From the NCBI RefSeq assembly GCF_028641065.1, contig NC_073386.1:50344001-50408000 (forward strand): a stretch of 64,000 nucleotides of DNA, in the 5' to 3' direction. Below are positions 1-14,175 of this stretch, piece by piece. Under the pieces are notes generated by a model. It ran no database searches and had not been told where the DNA came from. It worked only from the letters and a program-made list of their open reading frames with translations. The stretch is from Leucoraja erinacea (lineage: Eukaryota). The translations under genes were made by a program, and so were the position numbers. Position 1 is the first letter of the stretch. Every line of letters begins with the position of its first letter.

Positions 1-960
1 GCTGAAGAGCTCTCCTCTCTGCCTCTGTGCAGCTGAGATACCACACAGAGATGCCATACGTTAATATGCTCTCTGTGGTGCAGCGGTAGAAGGTTGTCAG
101 CAGCTGTTGGGGCAGACCAGTCTTTTTTAATGCCCTCAGGAAGAACAGTCATTGCTGCGCCTTCTTGACCAGGTGGACCATGTGAGGTCCTCTGAAATGT
201 GAGTGCCCAGAAACTTAAAGCTGAACACACTCTCCACACTTTCCCCGTAGATGGAGATTGGGGCGTATTCTCCATTATGGGACCTCCTGAAGTCAATAAT
301 CAGCTCCTTGGTCTTGGAGGTGTTTAATGACAAGTTGTTACATGCGCACCAGTCCGCCAGGTTCTGCACCTCCGCTCTGTATTTTGTTTCATCACCGTCG
401 GTGATCAGCCCAATCACTGTTGTGTCGTCTGCAAACTTCACGATGGTGTTGGTGTCGAATGCAGGAACACATTCGTGAGTGAAGAGGGAGTAGAGCATGG
501 GGCTTAGTACACAGCCCTGTGGTGTGCCGGTGCTCAGGGTGATAGTGGAGGACAGGTGCGGGCCCAGTCTCACTGCCTGTGGTCGCTCCGTCAGAAAGTT
601 CAGGATCCAATCGCATATCTGCGAGCTGAGGCCTAGCTGGTGGAGTTTGGTGGTGAGCTTGGTGGGGATGACCGTATTGAATGCAGAGCTATAGTTAATG
701 AAGAGCATCCTTACGTACGTGCCCTGTCTGTCCAGGTGAGTCAGGACAGTGTGAAGAGCCAGAGATGTTATCCTCTGTCGATCTATTTGCCCTGTATGCA
801 AATTGATGAGAGTCCAGTGAGGCAGGGATGCTGGATTTGATGTGGGAGAGGACCAGCCTTTCGAAGCATTTCATTGGTATTGTAGTTACGGCAACCGGGC
901 GGTAGTCATTCAGGTTGGTGACTTTAGACTTTTTTTGGCACTGGCACTATGGTAACTGTT
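1..960 (-). mobile_element. Rex1/Babar-type LINE fragment (RT domain)
   Basis: ORF 136-801: [47 protein letters not shown]; stops/frameshifts on both sides. Confidence 0.85.
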
Positions 961-1239
961 TCACACTCCATGTGATATGAATAAATGGCTGGTTATAGTG
1001 AAGGGGTGGGATCTGGCAATATCTTAGTTGCAGAACTGAAGCTGTGCTCTAGTACCAGCTGTATTTTCAGGGCCTTTAGGACACTAGTGTCAACACCTGG
1101 TAATGTGGAAATTTGTCCAGGTCTGTCCTGTTCCCAAATACATTTTCAGCTGTTCATCAATGACCTCCAGTCCTTCAAAGGTCAGAAGTGAGAATGTTTG
1201 TTGATGATTGCACAATGGGCTGATAAATGGCAAATAACA

Positions 1240-2360
1240 TGAGGTTTAGGTTTATTATTGTCACATGTACTGAGATACAGTGAAAGGCTTTTGTGTGCTA
1301 TCCAATCAAATCAGATAATATTAATCAAGCCAAACATGAGTAAGACAGGGAGAGTGAAGAGGAAGATATCAGAGTGCAGAATATCGTTTTTCTCAGTATT
1401 GTGGTAAACCAATTCCTCAGAAAATGTCTAATGTTCGCAATGGTAGATTGGAAAGATCAAGACTGTTCTTTAGCTTATGGAATGAGCATTCAGGAATCTG
1501 ATAACCGAGGGGAAGAAGCTGTTCCCGAGTCTGGTGGTGCGTGTCTTCAAGCTTTTGTATCTTCTGCCCAATGAAAGCAGAGAGAAGGAATGACTAGGGG
1601 TGGGAAAGATCCTTGATTGTGTAGGCTGCTTTTCCAAGGCAGCATGACATGTAGATGGAGTTAATGGTGGGGAGTCCCTGGTCTGTGTGCTGGTCTGGGC
1701 TACATCTACAATGTCTGTAACTTCTTGTTGTCTTGGACAGAGCTGTTCCCAATCCAAGCTGTGATCCAATCCAACAGTTTGCTTTCCGCGATGCATCTGT
1801 CGAAGTTGGCAAGTTGGAGACACGCCAAATTTCCTCAGTCTCCTAAGGAATAGGGATGTTGATTTGTCAGTAGCTTCAATGGGGTTGGTCCAGAACAGAC
1901 TGTTAATAATATTTACACCTCGGAACTAGAAGCTCTCAACCACTTGCATTTTATCACCATTGATGCTGATTGGGGCATGAACTGCATTACACTTGCTAAA
2001 GAAAACTTCCTAGAAAACCCCGGGCATCCCCTCCATGTAATTCTGGAGAGTCAAAAGAGCACTCGGAACAATATCCGGCTCCTCTCCCTGCGCTGTAGAA
2101 AAGAGCGGTTCAGGAGATCCTTCACCCCTCCAACTATTAGATTTTATAATGCGGACTGCTAGGCTGTAGGGGGATGCTTTTTGCATTTTTAATTGTTAAT
2201 TATTGGTCTTTTTAGTATTTATTGCTCTCCGGTATAATCCACATTGTATTTTATGTATTTTCTGTCTGCTTTCGCTCTGAATACGTGGGTTTGTTGGTTG
2301 GAGGCTTCTGGACATCTGAATTTCCCTGAGGGGATCAATAAAGTATTTATTATTATTAAA
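1240..2360. mobile_element. Degenerate Rex1-like LINE 3' fragments (minus ~1240-1940; plus ~1995-2358 with AATAAA and (TTA)n tail)
   Basis: HSFSLLSLGRRYKSLKTRTTRLGNSFFP and HPLH...RFRRSFTP C-terminal motifs. Confidence 0.6.
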
Positions 2361-4499
2361 GTCAGTAATTGTCTTGCTGAGATTATGGGGGAGGTTGCTA
2401 TCCTGACAGCTTGTCACTGAGATCTCTGCCCCCTTCCTGTACTCTGTCCCATCATTCTTCGAGATCCGGCCCCACAGTGGTATCATCTTCAAACTTACAC
2501 ATGCAGTTAACACAGTTGTGAGTGTAGAGGGCTACCATAGTACTCGGTATAGTAGTTATTGAGTATTGAAGGGTCAGCAACAACCATTTCCGACGAAAGA
2601 GTCTAACCGCTACCCTTGACAATCCAAGGCATTACCAAAGCCAGGTTCTTTACCGTCAAGATCCTATCAGTTACCTGCAGGTCATCATTGACCAGGAACT
2701 CAACTGGACCAGCCGCACAAATACCATCATTACAAGAGGCTGGGTATGCTGCAGCAAGCAAGTCTGCTCCTGCTCACTGTCTGGATGGATGCAGCACTGA
2801 GTCTCAAGCAGCTCAATAGCATTCAAGACAAAGCAACTCACTTGATAGGAACCTTATTAACCAGCCATATATTCACTCTCCAACATCCCACAGTGGCTGC
2901 TCTGTGTACGATCTACAAAATACACTGCAATTACTTGCTCAGGCTGCATTGCGAATATCTTCCAAATCTGCAATCTCTATCATCAAGACAGGCAAAGATA
3001 GATGGATGGGAATTATACTATCTTCAGATTTCCCTCTGTCACACATCATCCTTACTTGAAAGTTTATTGTGAGTCTTTGTCATAATTGGATCTAAATCCT
3101 ACAACTCCCTGCCCAAATACGGAATTTCTACCCCAGAAAGGGCTCATGACAGAAGCTCACACTGAAAGGCAATTGTGCTTTAAAATATGCTATAAATATT
3201 GGCCTTGTCAGAAAGTCCAGAGCCTGAAAGTTTTAAAAAAAAGTTGAGAGAAAGCAGGTTTTATATAATCCATATTATTTCTTCTCATAGATGTGTAGTT
3301 TGCCTTTTGATCTGTTCATCTATTTTTAGCCACATATTCCTAAATATCTTTCCATATTACTTCCCTATCTTTTAAACATCCATTTGCTTTTTCTTTGCTG
3401 GTTTGCGCACAAAACATTTTAAAATCTCACTTAGTTCAATATTGGTCAACTGATAAGCATCTTTGTTGGATACCGACACCTACTGTAATAAAAACTGGAA
3501 ACAGACGACGGGTGTGGAAATAGAAACAGTTAACATTTCAGGCTGAAGAATCTTCATTAGAAACGGACAAGACAGAAAACAAGTTTGTTTACATTGCAGG
3601 AAGGGATGGATAGGAAAAAACAGAAACTCTTTGATACGAGTAACCCATCAACTAAATAATCACGCTTCCAACATATCCACATGACAACCTTGACCTCACC
3701 TTAAGAGAAATACTCTTTGTCCATGCCATTCTCAACCACCTTCCACAATTGAAAACCAACTTCTGATGAAGCGCCCTCGATCTGAAACATTAACTCTGTT
3801 TTTCCTTTGATAGTTGCTGACCAACCATCTAAATATTTCCAGCAATTTTTATTTCAGAATTTCAATTTCAATATCTGCCTTTCTTTTTTTTCAATCTGCA
3901 TTTTAATTTTGTGTTCAGAAAGCCTTCTTCCCTCATACCACTGGTCACCTGTAACAGGTGTCAAAGATGGGCTGATGTTGGGGAAAGTGGAAAGTTATCT
4001 CTGGGGATCAGAGCAGAGCCTGAAGAAGTCAGGATGAATATTCTAAAGTTTATGGATCACTTTTGCGGATCGTCGAGATCTTCTGTATATTTTTTCTCCC
4101 AAGTGATTAAAAGGTAGGCAAGATTATAAAAGGGATTTGGAAAAGGAAAGTAAGTGTAATCTATAATAAATCCAATGATTGTGCATTTTTAGCTTGCTCT
4201 ACATTTTGTTTCTAATCACCACAAACAAAAAAAGACATGACAAGATAAAGGAGGAAAACATCATGCAAATATTCCTTCTTTAATCCTGCCTGATTGAATT
4301 TTTGTTTCCATTCCAGGAGGCAATGGAGAGTCATTAAAGACACATCAATTCTTTTGCCCAAGAATGAACAATTCTTTAATTGGCTGCAGTAGTTTAAACA
4401 CCTTGTTATAAAACCTGTAACTTTTCCTTATGAATGTAGTCTGCCGAGACCTTGAATCTCATCCTTTTGTCAACTACACAAGACTTTTGAAACATGATA

Positions 4500-4884
4500 A
4501 ATTAACTTTTATGTACATTATGATTGACATTTTTGAATAAAGCCTGTTAAAATTAATTTTGTAAGGCATAAGCAAATTTAAACATTATTAAAAAGAACCA
4601 AATATCACAACCAAATATTTTTCCCAGACTTCATTAGCAAATTATGAAATAAATATTTACAATTGGTAACAAATATGTTACATTAGACAGTGGAAAAGTA
4701 GAACAGAAAAATCACAACAGCCGCAATGCACAAATCCCAAAACCTGGTTTAATTGGTTTGGAGCTCTACAATGATTTTTTAAATAAATCAGTATAGTTCT
4801 TTGTAGTCTGGTTAGATTATCAGTGTTACACTGGTTGTTTAGTCTGAAGAGCCTTTCCGCATACCAAGTTATTAGTGAACAAAT
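4500..4884 (-). other. YIPF1: Candidate non-coding terminal (3' UTR) exon of YIPF1
   Basis: Strong minus-strand acceptor CCTTTTCTTTTTTCTAG at 4885 followed by AT-rich unique sequence; last coding exon has a donor 8 nt after the stop; 3' end not defined. Confidence 0.4.
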
Positions 4885-5080
4885 CTAGAAAAAAGAAAAG
4901 GGAACTTTACAAAAAGGATACAGAGATCTGACATTCTAAGTTTTCATGCCAACAAAGATGCCCCATCTACACTGGTCCTACCTGCCTAAAATTGGCCCAT
5001 ATTCCTCCAAACTTTTCCTATCCATGTATAGTTATAATGTTATAGTACCTGCCTCAACTACCTCCTCTGGTGGCTCATTC

Positions 5081-5232
5081 CCACTAAACCCCTCCCATCC
5101 CTCTAACCCCCCCGCCCACCACCACTCCCATCCCACTAAACCCCTCCCATCCCACTAAGCCCTCCCATCCCCCAAACACCCTCCCATCCCCCAAACCCCC
5201 CCCCCCCCCCCCCCCCATCCCACTAATCCCCT
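5081..5232. repeat. C-rich minisatellite (~19-bp CCACTAAACCCCTCCCATC units) with poly-C
   Basis: Repeated units visible directly. Confidence 0.8.
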
Positions 5233-5679
5233 CCGATCTTTGTACCTGACCATATGTCTTTTTAAATGCTGTTATACTACCAGCCTCAACTACCTCCTCT
5301 GGCAGTTCATTTTGTATACCCACTTCTGTGTGAAAAAGTGGCACCTCGGTTTACTGTCTTCCTAACTTTCCCCTCTTACCTTAAACCTATATACTCTGGT
5401 TCTTGATACCCCTATTCTTGGTAAAAAAACTCTGTCCATCTAACCTATCTATTCCCCTCATGATTTTGTGCATCTCTAAGATCACACCTCATACCCCAGG
5501 GAAATGTCCTAGACTGCTCAACCTCTCCCTATAGCTCAGACCCTCAAGTCCTGGCAATATCCTCGTAATAGCAGGGTGACCAAAACTTAAGACAGTACTC
5601 CAAATATGGCCTCACCAACATCTTGTACAACTGTGACATAACACCCCAACTTTGATATTCAATACCATGGCTGTTGAAG

Positions 5680-6612
5680 GCCAATATGTTGAAATTATTG
5701 TCTTTGGTCCCAAAAAAACAAGGCTAGAGGTGAGTGCTCAACTCGACTCAATTGCACTGAAAACCACAGACAAAGCCAGAAACCTTGGTGTAGTTATGGA
5801 CTCGGATTTGAATTTTAACAGCCATATAAAGACCATTACCAGATCTGCCTATTACCATCTAAAAAATATTGCAAGAATCAAGGGATTTCTGTCCAAAGAA
5901 GACACTGAAAAACTTGTTCATGCATATATTTTTAGTAGGTTAGATTATTGTAATGGCATCTTTACAGGTCTCAATAAAAATCAATTAAACAACTGCAGCT
6001 TATCCAAAATGCCACTGCCAGAGTCTTGACCTACACCAAGAAAATGGACCACATTACACCTGTCCTTAAATCTTTGCACTGGCTCCCTGTGTGTAAGAGG
6101 ATAGATTTTAAAATTATGTTACTGACCTACAAGGCACTGATTGGTCTAGGTCCAAAATACATCTCTGACCTACTTGTTGTACATGAGGTGCCTAGACTCC
6201 TCAGGTCTTCAGGGACAGGTTTACTCTGTGTTCCCAGGGTTAGAACTAAAAAGGCTGAAGCAGCATTCGGATTTTATGCTCCACACCTGTGGAACAAGCT
6301 CCCTGAACACCAGACGTGTGCACAGACTAAGCGCATTTAAATCAGGCCTAAAAACACTGTTGTTTACTATAGTCTGTCCATAACCCGACATGCAGGTAAT
6401 CTTAACCGTCTAATTTTAACCCTTTTATGTGCTCTTTAAAATTGTTTTATTGTTTCATTGACGTTGTTTTATTATTCATACATTTGTCATATTGCTTATT
6501 TTGCAATTTTTAATTATTGGCTGTTTTATTTTTGCTTTCCTGTAAAGCACCTTGAATTGCTGTTTGCACGAATGGTGCTATACAAATAAACTTGCCTTGC
6601 TTTGCCTTGCCT
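5680..6612 (+). mobile_element. L2-type LINE 3' end nested in CR1
   Basis: ARNLGVVMDSDLNF, HAYIFSRLDYCN, HITPVLKSLHWLPV; AATAAA plus (CTTGC)n tail at ~6586-6612. Confidence 0.85.
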
Positions 6613-7996
6613 TCAAAGCATTTTTAACCGTATACCTGTGACGCCACTTTCAAGGAACTATGTGCCTGCATACCTGAATAACTCTGCTCTACACGTCCCA
6701 AAGTCCTGCCATTCACCATGACGGACTTCCCAAAATCGAACACCTCACACTTATCTTCACTAAACTCCATTAACCATACCTCAGCCCACTTCCCCAACTA
6801 ATCAAGATCCTGTTGTTTTTTTCCAATAACCTTCCTCGCTATATCCTACACCATCCACTTTATGAAAAGTCAAAGATGAGTTAATAATTTAAAAGTTGGT
6901 TTCAATAAATAACTTGTTTTACATTGGAAGCGTAGCAGTCGAGGAAGGTGAACTCAAAGGGCATTGCAACAGAGTACACAGATTAGGTTAAAACATTGCC
7001 AGAGTGAACTGTAATCAGAGTTTATGGCAAGGGGGGGTCAAGAGTTTATGGTAAGGGGTCAAGAAAGCTATGGATCAAAATAAAATCGGTTTATTCAAGA
7101 AATGTTCTTTACAGTTCCCCATTTTTGTATATTATTTCAAAAATATTTAAAATACAATCTTTCTCACTATTTTATGCCAGAAAATGTTACTAAAAGAAAA
7201 AATAGCTTTACAATTGCTTAATGAAAGCGTCAATGATTGGAGAACTCATCACGTGCAAGAAGTATACATGCAGTGTAGAGGCCAGTTCCAGAGTGCAAAT
7301 TGTTGGAACTACTGCAAGTGGGGCAATGGTTGTTGTGGTTGCACTTCAGAGAAAAACTGTTGACTCGACAAATAAAACTTCGGCAGCAGTAAACCAAGCT
7401 AGAATTTGATGCGGGGAAATGACTGAAGTGTGACTGCGCATGAATTATGGACTTTTTTCCTCTCTGATATAATTCATAATGATGTAATGATGTGCAATAA
7501 GTGTGACAACTCTTGATGACTGGATTATTAATTAAATTATGATAGCTAGTTGGAAAGGATCATTTACAATTAGAATGATGACAGGCATTGCTGGGCAATG
7601 TGTTATTAATGCATCATATTGGAACTGGGAGGGAGGAGTGTTCCACAGTGGCAACATCTGCTACAAAGCTGATGAACACGAGCTGCAGACACGTCTGAGA
7701 GGGAAAATTACTTTGATACAGTAGTTAGTCCTTTGAAAATAGTCTGGTTAACTATTGTGGATTTGGTCAGTGGTCACAAGAACACAAGACCATAAGTGAT
7801 AGGAGCAGAATTAGGCCATTCAGCCCATTAGGTTTACTCCGCCATTCAATCATGACTGATCTATCCCTCCCTCCTAAGCTCATTCTCCTGCCTTATCATA
7901 ATAACCTCTGACACCCGTCAAGATGGAAGGTCAAAGAAAGAAAGGTGTGATTATGAACGAGGGAGATGCGAAATACAGAAAGTAGATTTGGAAGGG

Positions 7997-8357
7997 CAAT
8001 TATTTCAAAAAATTCAAAACCGGCCGCGACTAAAAAGAGGTTGCCGTTTTAAAAATCAGTGATTTTTTAGTCGAAGCTGGTTGCGATGCTAGTTGAAGGT
8101 GGTTGCTGGAGGTTGCAGGTGGTTGCAGGTAGTGGACGGCAAGACCTTCCACTACCTGCAACCTCCGGCAACCACCTTTTTAGTCGTGGCCAGTTTTGAA
8201 TTTTTTGAAATAATCGTTGGACATAGAAGAAGCGGAAACCACTTTCGACCATTAGGGAGACTGACAAAAATCTCCGGGAACCGCACGGAAACCTTGGGTG
8301 GGGCGCAAAGTCTCCAGAGGTTTCCGTTCAGGTTTCTTATGTGGGACAAGGGCATTA
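7997..8357. mobile_element. Partial palindromic MITE (same family as 57056-57270), Harbinger-like
   Basis: Internal inverted arms ~8000-8046 / ~8166-8217; right end ...GTGGGACAAGGGCA-TTA resembles the TIR of the 57 kb copy. Confidence 0.6.
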
Positions 8358-8625
8358 CAATGCTTGCAGCACCAGAGACCCTCGTTTGATCCCAACTATG
8401 GGTGCTGTCTGTACGTAGTTTGTACGTTCTCCCCCCTGACCGCGTGGGTTTTCTCCGAGATCTTCCGTTTCCTCCCACACTCCAAAGACATACAGATATG
8501 TAGGTTAATTGGTTTGGCATATGTGTAAAAAAAGGTCCATAGCATGTGTAGGATAGTGTTAATGTGTAAAGATCGCTGGTCGGTGTGGACCCGGTGGGCC
8601 GAACTGAATCTCTAAACTAAACTAC
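8358..8625 (+). mobile_element. tRNA-derived SINE
   Basis: B-box-like GTTTGATCCC, core TTCCTCCCACACTCCAAAGAC, (TAAAC)n tail; related copies at ~12810-13065(-), 25300-25495(-), 41830-41960, 51110-51295, 54560-55010(-), 63540-63680(-). Confidence 0.7.
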
Positions 8626-9353
8626 CAGGAAGCGAGAGGATTGGGTAGCTTTTACAAACCAACTAAAGGCAACTAAAAATGCAGTACAAGGTAAAAAGAT
8701 GAAATATGAAGGTAAAATATAAAATATAGCAAAAGTTTATTCAGATATAGAGTAAAAAAAAAGGCAAGAGTGGAATTTGGACCACTGGAAAATGGCGCTG
8801 GAGAATTAGTAAAGGGAGGGGGGAGGGGGGTTGGCATCATTTATCACATCAGCCAGATTAGGCAAGGCTGGCAGTAGTTTCTCCCAGTAGTCTCTCCCTA
8901 CAATTAGATTGTATGACAGTTCTGTGGATCATTTTTTGGTAGTAGCTTTTTTCTGTTATAGACTTATTTAAATTCTCGAATGTAAATTACCCAGCTACAA
9001 TGACAGGATTCAGAGTTATGTCTCTGGATCAATGATTCATACTTCTGACTGCAAAATAGGTAATTTAATTATACGAATGGTTACTCCTTTCAATCCTATT
9101 GAAATTCACTTACAGAAATTTGAACCAGGATTCAGATACATTTGCATCAACTTGTGGCAGGACCTGGGATTTTATATTCACCACAGATCAAAAGCACACA
9201 GGCTCTGATGATTAACTAATAGGACACAAACTTGTTTTTGGATTCCAAGGTAGATTAAAGGTAAAAACAATCCAGTCTAAAATGGAATATATGAAATTCT
9301 ATTTCTCCTCCCACTCCTTCCTTCCCAGGTCACGGAAATGCTGACCTGATAAG

Positions 9354-9455
9354 TTATGCACTATGGGTTGCCACAAGAGTTCCATTCCGATTTGGAGTAA
9401 TAGTTGGGGAGACAAGAAGAGGTTTGACTTTTTCTGGTGGATCAAAGAAATATGC
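9354..9455 (-). CDS. YIPF1: YIPF1 last coding exon (AYFFDPPEKV...THSA*)
   Basis: Acceptor TTCCACAG; phase 0; AYFFD matches the YIPF1 C-terminus; TAA at 9356-9354; donor after 9346. Confidence 0.9.
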   Translation of the reverse strand, partial: AYFFDPPEKVKPLLVSPTITPNRNGTLVATHSA

Positions 9456-9808
9456 CTGTGGAAAAAGAATAAAAATATTTTAATATCATGTCCAATGGTA
9501 TTTTTAAGTAAGTTCTTGCAAGAAAATACACACCTGATGTGTGCTCATAAAATGAAACTATAAAAAATGAAACTTTTTGGCTTCAGAATGAGGTTTACTA
9601 AAAGCATTCCTTTTAGCAAGCTATCATTGAGCAAAACCAAAAGAATATAAAGGATAATCCAAAAATACATGTAAAATCAGAAAATGCAAATTGAAAATAA
9701 TACAAACTATACAAAAAATCATCAACTGGATGAAACGTTATTCCAACAAGGTTTTTGTGCTTCACACCCAAGAATACTTGTAAATGAAGCCCAATAAATA
9801 AATTACAT

Positions 9809-10487
9809 GGTGTTTAAGAAGGAACTGCAGATGTTGGAAAATCGAAGGTACACAAAAAAGCTGGAGAAACTCAGCGGGTGCAACAACATCTATGGAGCGA
9901 AGGAAATAGGCAACGTTTCGGGCCGAAACCCTTCTTCAGACTGATCAGGGGTGGGGAGGGGGCGGGGACAAGAAAGGAAAAAGGAGGAGGAGCCCGAAGG
10001 CTGGGGGATGGGAGGAGACAGCAGGGGGACTGAGGAAGGGGAGAAGATAGCAAGGACTAACAAAATTGGGAGAATTCAATGTTCATGCCCCCAGGATGCA
10101 GACTCCCCAAGCGGAATATGAGGTGCTGTTCCTCCAATTTCCGGTGCTGCTCGCTGTGGTCATGGAGGAGACGGAGTGGGAGGGGGAGTTGAAGTGCTGA
10201 GCCACCGAGAGGTCAGCTTGGTTATTGCAGACTGAGCGGAGGTGTTCGGCGAAACGATCGCCCAACCTCCGCTTGGTCTCACCGATATAGATCTGCTGAC
10301 ATCTAGAGCAGCGGATGCAATAGATGAGGTTGGAGGAGATGCAGGTAAACCTCTGTCGCACCTGAAACGACTGCTTGGGTCCTTGAACGGAGTTGAGGGG
10401 GGAGGTAAAGGGACAAGCGTTGCATCTCTTGCGGTTGCAAGGGAAAGTGTCCGGGGAGGGGGTGGTACGAGAGGGAAGGGAAGAATG
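9809..10487 (-). mobile_element. Penelope-like element 3' fragment (GIY-YIG endonuclease plus terminal repeat)
   Basis: NLIYCIRCSRCQQIYIGETKRRLGDRFAEH; near-identical to 37060-37705. Confidence 0.9.
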
Positions 10488-10968
10488 TAAATAAATTACA
10501 TACTTGGTTAAATTAATGAAAAATATTACACTTTCAAAAGATGGAATGAGAATTTGAAAATTATTCCATGGTATATCAGGCATTCAGTTTCTCAATTACA
10601 GATCGCTCAATACTGGAATCAGCCTTTGCCTTTCTAAATCAATTCAAGAAAAATAAACAAATAAATAGATATATACAACTATCCAAATACATACATATTA
10701 TATTATAGAAATCTATAACTAAAATGAATCCCGATTTATTTTTCTTTCCTAACGTGGAATTCAGTGGAAGAAAATACAAAACAATAACTTAACTTTTGTA
10801 TAAAATCTTTAAAAAAATCAAAACATTATAGTAAGTTTAACAAAGTAAATTGTAAATAAAAACATAAATTGCTGAAAAAACTCAGCAGGTCAGAGAGTAT
10901 ATGTCAAAGAGAAACAGTGAACATTTCAGGCCGGGGACCCTTTATCAGAATTATAAACCCATATGCAC

Positions 10969-11151
10969 CTTACAGCCAACTGCAAGCAGGGCATGAAGGA
11001 TCAGAATAACTACGATAGTTGATACGGCAATTCTCCGGTTATCATCCCGGACAGCTGGCCAAAAGGTCATCACTAGCACGGTGCCCGAAAGGCACATGGC
11101 CAGTACTATTGTGAGCCAACGTACTATCTCACTTGGAATAATCCACAGCAT
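10969..11151 (-). CDS. YIPF1: YIPF1 coding exon 7 (MLWIIP...AVGCK)
   Basis: 183 nt, AG/GT flanked; MTFWPAVRDDNRR Yip1-domain motif. Confidence 0.95.
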
Positions 11152-13233
11152 CTGAAATGCAGAAACAAGGGAAGTCAAGACTAGCAAAAAGTGTTACATA
11201 CTTACAGAAGATCTATGCCATCATAGAGCCAAACAGCATGGAAACAGGCCCTTCAGCCCAACTTGCCCATGCTGACCAAGATACCCCATCTAAACTAGTC
11301 CCACCTGCGAGTCTTTGGCCCATATCCCTCTTAACCATTCTTATCAATATACCTGTTCAAATGCCTTTTAAATGGTGTTACAGTAGCTGCCTCAACTACC
11401 TCTTCTGGCGGCTCATTCCATATACCCACCACCTTCTGTGTGGAAAAATTTGCCCCTCGGGTTCCTATAGAATCATTTCCCTTACATCTCTGTCCATGTG
11501 GATTTTTTTTTCTCTATCTTTGCTTAAAATTAAAGGCTTATTAAAAAGTTTGCATACCTGTATACTACTTGGCTCCCCTAACCAGCTTTAAGCTCTGGAA
11601 TGCTTGTTTGGCTTGGTATCTGCCAATGCTATTTCCACTTTCAGACTCATCAGTGATTTATAAAACTGTCTTGATATTTAATCATCTTCATTTGCCTGAA
11701 CATACTAATTTTGAACATAACGGATTTAGAATTCCTTGGTTCCAGATTAATAGGTCACTGCGTAGTGCTAATAATTGGTCATAGGTCTATGCCAAGCATT
11801 TCAGTACTTCCGAAGACATTTGAAATGACCTTAAATACAGCATTCACATGCTGTTCCAACACAGCACGAAAAAACTCAGGGGGTTTGCGGTGGGATGGGG
11901 GACAATTTCCTTGTTTCCACATTCCTATTGCTTCTTCCATGGAAACAAAATGTAATGGAGAAATAATTAGATCTCTTTCATCCATGCAGTTTCAGCAGTT
12001 TTATTCTAGCTATTATATTGTTTCATTTAAGGAGGAAGTGATATGAATGCAGAGAAAATTAGATGGTATGTTTAATGGGAGCTTGATGCGTCTCACAGAC
12101 TCCGTGGGCTAAAAGGTCTGTTTCCATGCTGATAATGATACGACTCCAAGAACCTCTGACATGAAGAATTGCTCAATAACACAAATCCAATACTTTGAAA
12201 TTTCTGATTCAGAAAAATATTGACTACATGTGCTGAGAAACACTTCTTTCATGTAACTTAATAACTTAAATAAGTGAATTTTTTGCCAATATGTCTCAGA
12301 AGTGTGATGTTGCACAAGAGATTTTCACTGCGATTCCTCAGTGTATTATTGCTCGCTCATTGTTGGCAACAACCTTGCAGTGCATCCCACATCTTGTCAG
12401 GCTCCTCTTCTTGCATTACGTATGTTATTTTGTCCACAGCTGGCATTAACATAATGATCCATTTCACTTTCCTTTTTTCCTACAACATTTACAAATAGCC
12501 TGGTTCAACTCTCCAGACTGAGACAAACACGCTTGTTTGGAATTTGAATCATCTATCTACTGTACCGAAAGACCGCAAGCAGCATCCAAACCATGAAAGT
12601 AGTTGGTTGGTGAAATGTCTCTGGGACCATCTAATCCCTGCTCTAACTCCAATTAACTCTCCAAATTTTTCTTCTGCATCTCCTTCACATTTTTGTTGCA
12701 GCACCTCTGAGACAGGTCATATACAGCTTCAACAAAGAACATCACACCTGGATCCAAGAGACCGTACTTCTTCATAGATACAAAACCATAAAGCTAACAA
12801 TCTTTGCTGCTTTACTTAATTTAGAGATACAGCAGGGAAACAGGCCCTTCAGCCCACCAAGTCCGTGCTGACCAGCGATCACTCTTACACACTAGTTCTA
12901 TCCTACATACTAGTGTCATTTCCACCAAAGCCAATTAGCCTCCAAATCTGCACATCTTTGGGATGTGGGAGGAAACCAGAGCACCCGGAGAAACCCCATA
13001 TGGTTACAGGGAGAATGTGCAATCTCCGCACAATCAGGCGCTATGAGGCAGCTGCACCACTGTGCCATGGATGTTGATATTGTAACTAATGTTTCTCTAA
13101 GCAGTTCTATTTCTCCTAAATTCCAAATGTATATTTTACACATATTTTCCTCCAGTACTTGTGAGTTATGAGTTATCACACCACCCCAATGAACTTAAAC
13201 TAACACTAACTCCAGGATCAAGGTCATACTTAC

Positions 13234-13400
13234 TGCAGTAGGAATATAAATAAACAGTGAGTATCCATAGACACACACTATCTCCAGGAACGAATAGGAG
13301 ACAATGTTCATCACTTTATTGTTTCGCCACATCAGAAAGCCCCATAGTCCAAGAGGAATGAGCCAAGCATAGGTGTAAATTGCTGTGGCTGCTATCGAAA
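13234..13400 (-). CDS. YIPF1: YIPF1 coding exon 6 (VSIAATAIYTYAWLIP...YIPTA)
   Basis: 167 nt, AG/GT flanked, frame-consistent; SFLEIVCVYGYSLFIYIP. Confidence 0.95.
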
Positions 13401-14175
13401 CTACAAATTAAAACAAAATTATGCTCCAATATCTATTATAAATTCATTTTGAAAACATAAATACAAAGGTTTTAAGCAATAAACATAGAAATAATTATAA
13501 TACTGCCATTGGATCTGTTATGCTTCTTCTAAATAGTGGATATGCACATCTCAAATTACAGTTGCATGATTTGGTCCTAAACATAATCAGGAATAAATAT
13601 TAAAAGTACCAAAAATACCATTTTAAACTTTACGAATAAGAGCAAAATTTCTTCCAATGAACCATTTGTGGCACTAAATACTGAGCCACAATTTGGTGCC
13701 CAGTCTCACACATCTAGGCTAGATGTGGCAGGATCATCTGCACCCACAAGACCGTTTGCTGTTTGGATCTCACTGCTGCCCTTGAGCAGTGTTGTGCAAG
13801 GTCAAAAGGCAAAGCCGAGAGAAGCCCCAGTCAATACTGTCAGGTCCATATGTTGGAAGATGGGCAAACCTAGGAATTGCCAGAAAAAGAACCGAGACAG
13901 AGCAAATACAGTTTTAATAGATTATTACTAGTGCATTGGCATATATTATTGTGAAGAAAATAGGTGAGGTAGCAGATTTTTTGCTGCATAGAAGAGGGAC
14001 AAAGTACCAAGTCCATACGTACTAGTTTTCAACTACTCCTTTGCTGTTCTACAAATCATTTTCAGATATTATCTATAGCACATGTAAAAGCGATTTAGAT
14101 TTTGTTTCCCCGTTATAGCATTCTACATCCAAACAACAATTTGCACATCATGATTTTAAATCTATTCTTTCTAGT

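Larger units (their letters stand above)
4945..6860 (-). mobile_element. CR1-type LINE 3' fragment, interrupted by a minisatellite and an L2 insertion
   Basis: NELPEEVVEAGSITAFK motif; CR1-like sequence resumes after ~6612. Confidence 0.65.
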
